Assembly (NCBI GenBank): GCA_038087875.1
Contig: JAXLNO010000406.1
Location: 186,001 to 250,000 of the forward strand
Source of the DNA: Malacoraja senta
Taxonomy: Eukaryota
Length of the DNA: 64,000 bases
Direction: 5' to 3'
Part shown: positions 63,487 through 64,000 of the stretch, one piece after another
Position numbering within the stretch: position 1 is the first letter of the stretch
Layout: each line of letters starts with the position of its first letter
Translations under genes and position numbers: made by a program
The notes under the pieces: generated by a model
Seen by the model: the letters and a program-made list of their open reading frames with translations, nothing else
Databases searched by the model: none
Told to the model about the DNA's origin: nothing

Positions 63487-64000
63487 GATAGATAGATAGA
63501 TAGAATCTTTATTTGCCACACGACCAGGGTTGGTGGTATTTGGGTTCGGTACATGATGGTACACTGCTTTAGTCACATTAACACTAATAACAACACAGAT
63601 CATAATAATAAAGTGCATCCATACCACATCACAAATCACAAATCTCACCAACAATACATAGTGCAAAAGAACAGACAAAAACCATAGACAAGACACTGTA
63701 TACATCAAAGTCAAAAAGTTATTGGAGGGAATTAAGTGTTCTTATTGCTGAGGGGAAGAAACTGTTTTTAAAACGGGTGGATTTTGTAGCAAGTGACCTA
63801 AGGCGCCTCCCTGAAGGGAGAGACTGGAAAAGGTGGTTTGCTGGATGGGAGGGGTCCAAGATGATCTTTGTTGCCCGTTTTGAGGTACGTTGGAGGTAAA
63901 TGGAATGGATTGAGGGGAGGGGAGAGTTGATGATCCTAGAGGCCTTGGAGACAATGCGCTGTATTCTGTGTAGTGAATGACTGTCAGTGTTTCCGTACCA
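63487..64000 (-). mobile_element. Rex1/L2-like LINE 3' end present in copy B only
   Basis: (gata)n tail. The minus strand encodes DPSHPANHLFQSLPSGRRLRS..RFKNSFFP. It is absent at the equivalent site (~2262) in copy A. Confidence 0.75.

Overview
This is vertebrate genomic DNA, most likely from a cartilaginous fish (skate/ray/shark). That assignment is inferred from the repeat content: CR1 LINEs, HE1/V-SINE-like tRNA SINEs, Penelope-derived elements, Tx1, L1 and Rex1. Most of the window is interspersed repeat, with two convergent B30.2 (PRY-SPRY) immune-type genes embedded in it. (1) A six-exon RING/B-box/coiled-coil/PRY-SPRY TRIM gene on + (32690-45964) splices to an open 475-aa protein. (2) The 3' part of a butyrophilin-like gene on - consists of 21-, 27- and 33-nt phase-1 micro-exons (absent from the ORF track) plus a B30.2 exon. 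That exon has a 1-nt frameshift in a G run, and its stop codon lies inside a 36-bp minisatellite. The first ~2.3 kb of the window recurs at ~61.2-63.5 kb, and a further 27-nt micro-exon at 2401-2427 suggests a second, probably relic, butyrophilin-like copy, i.e. a tandemly duplicated BTN/TRIM cluster. Notable elements are a structurally complete DIRS1-type tyrosine-recombinase retrotransposon with an intact internal complementary region, a Helitron 3' end with a Pif1 helicase relic, Penelope GIY-YIG fragments with hammerhead-like motifs, near full-length CR1 and Rex1 LINEs, a MITE, and an intragenic duplication of TRIM exon 3/intron 3. All coordinates were read by eye, and repeat boundaries without target-site duplications are approximate.
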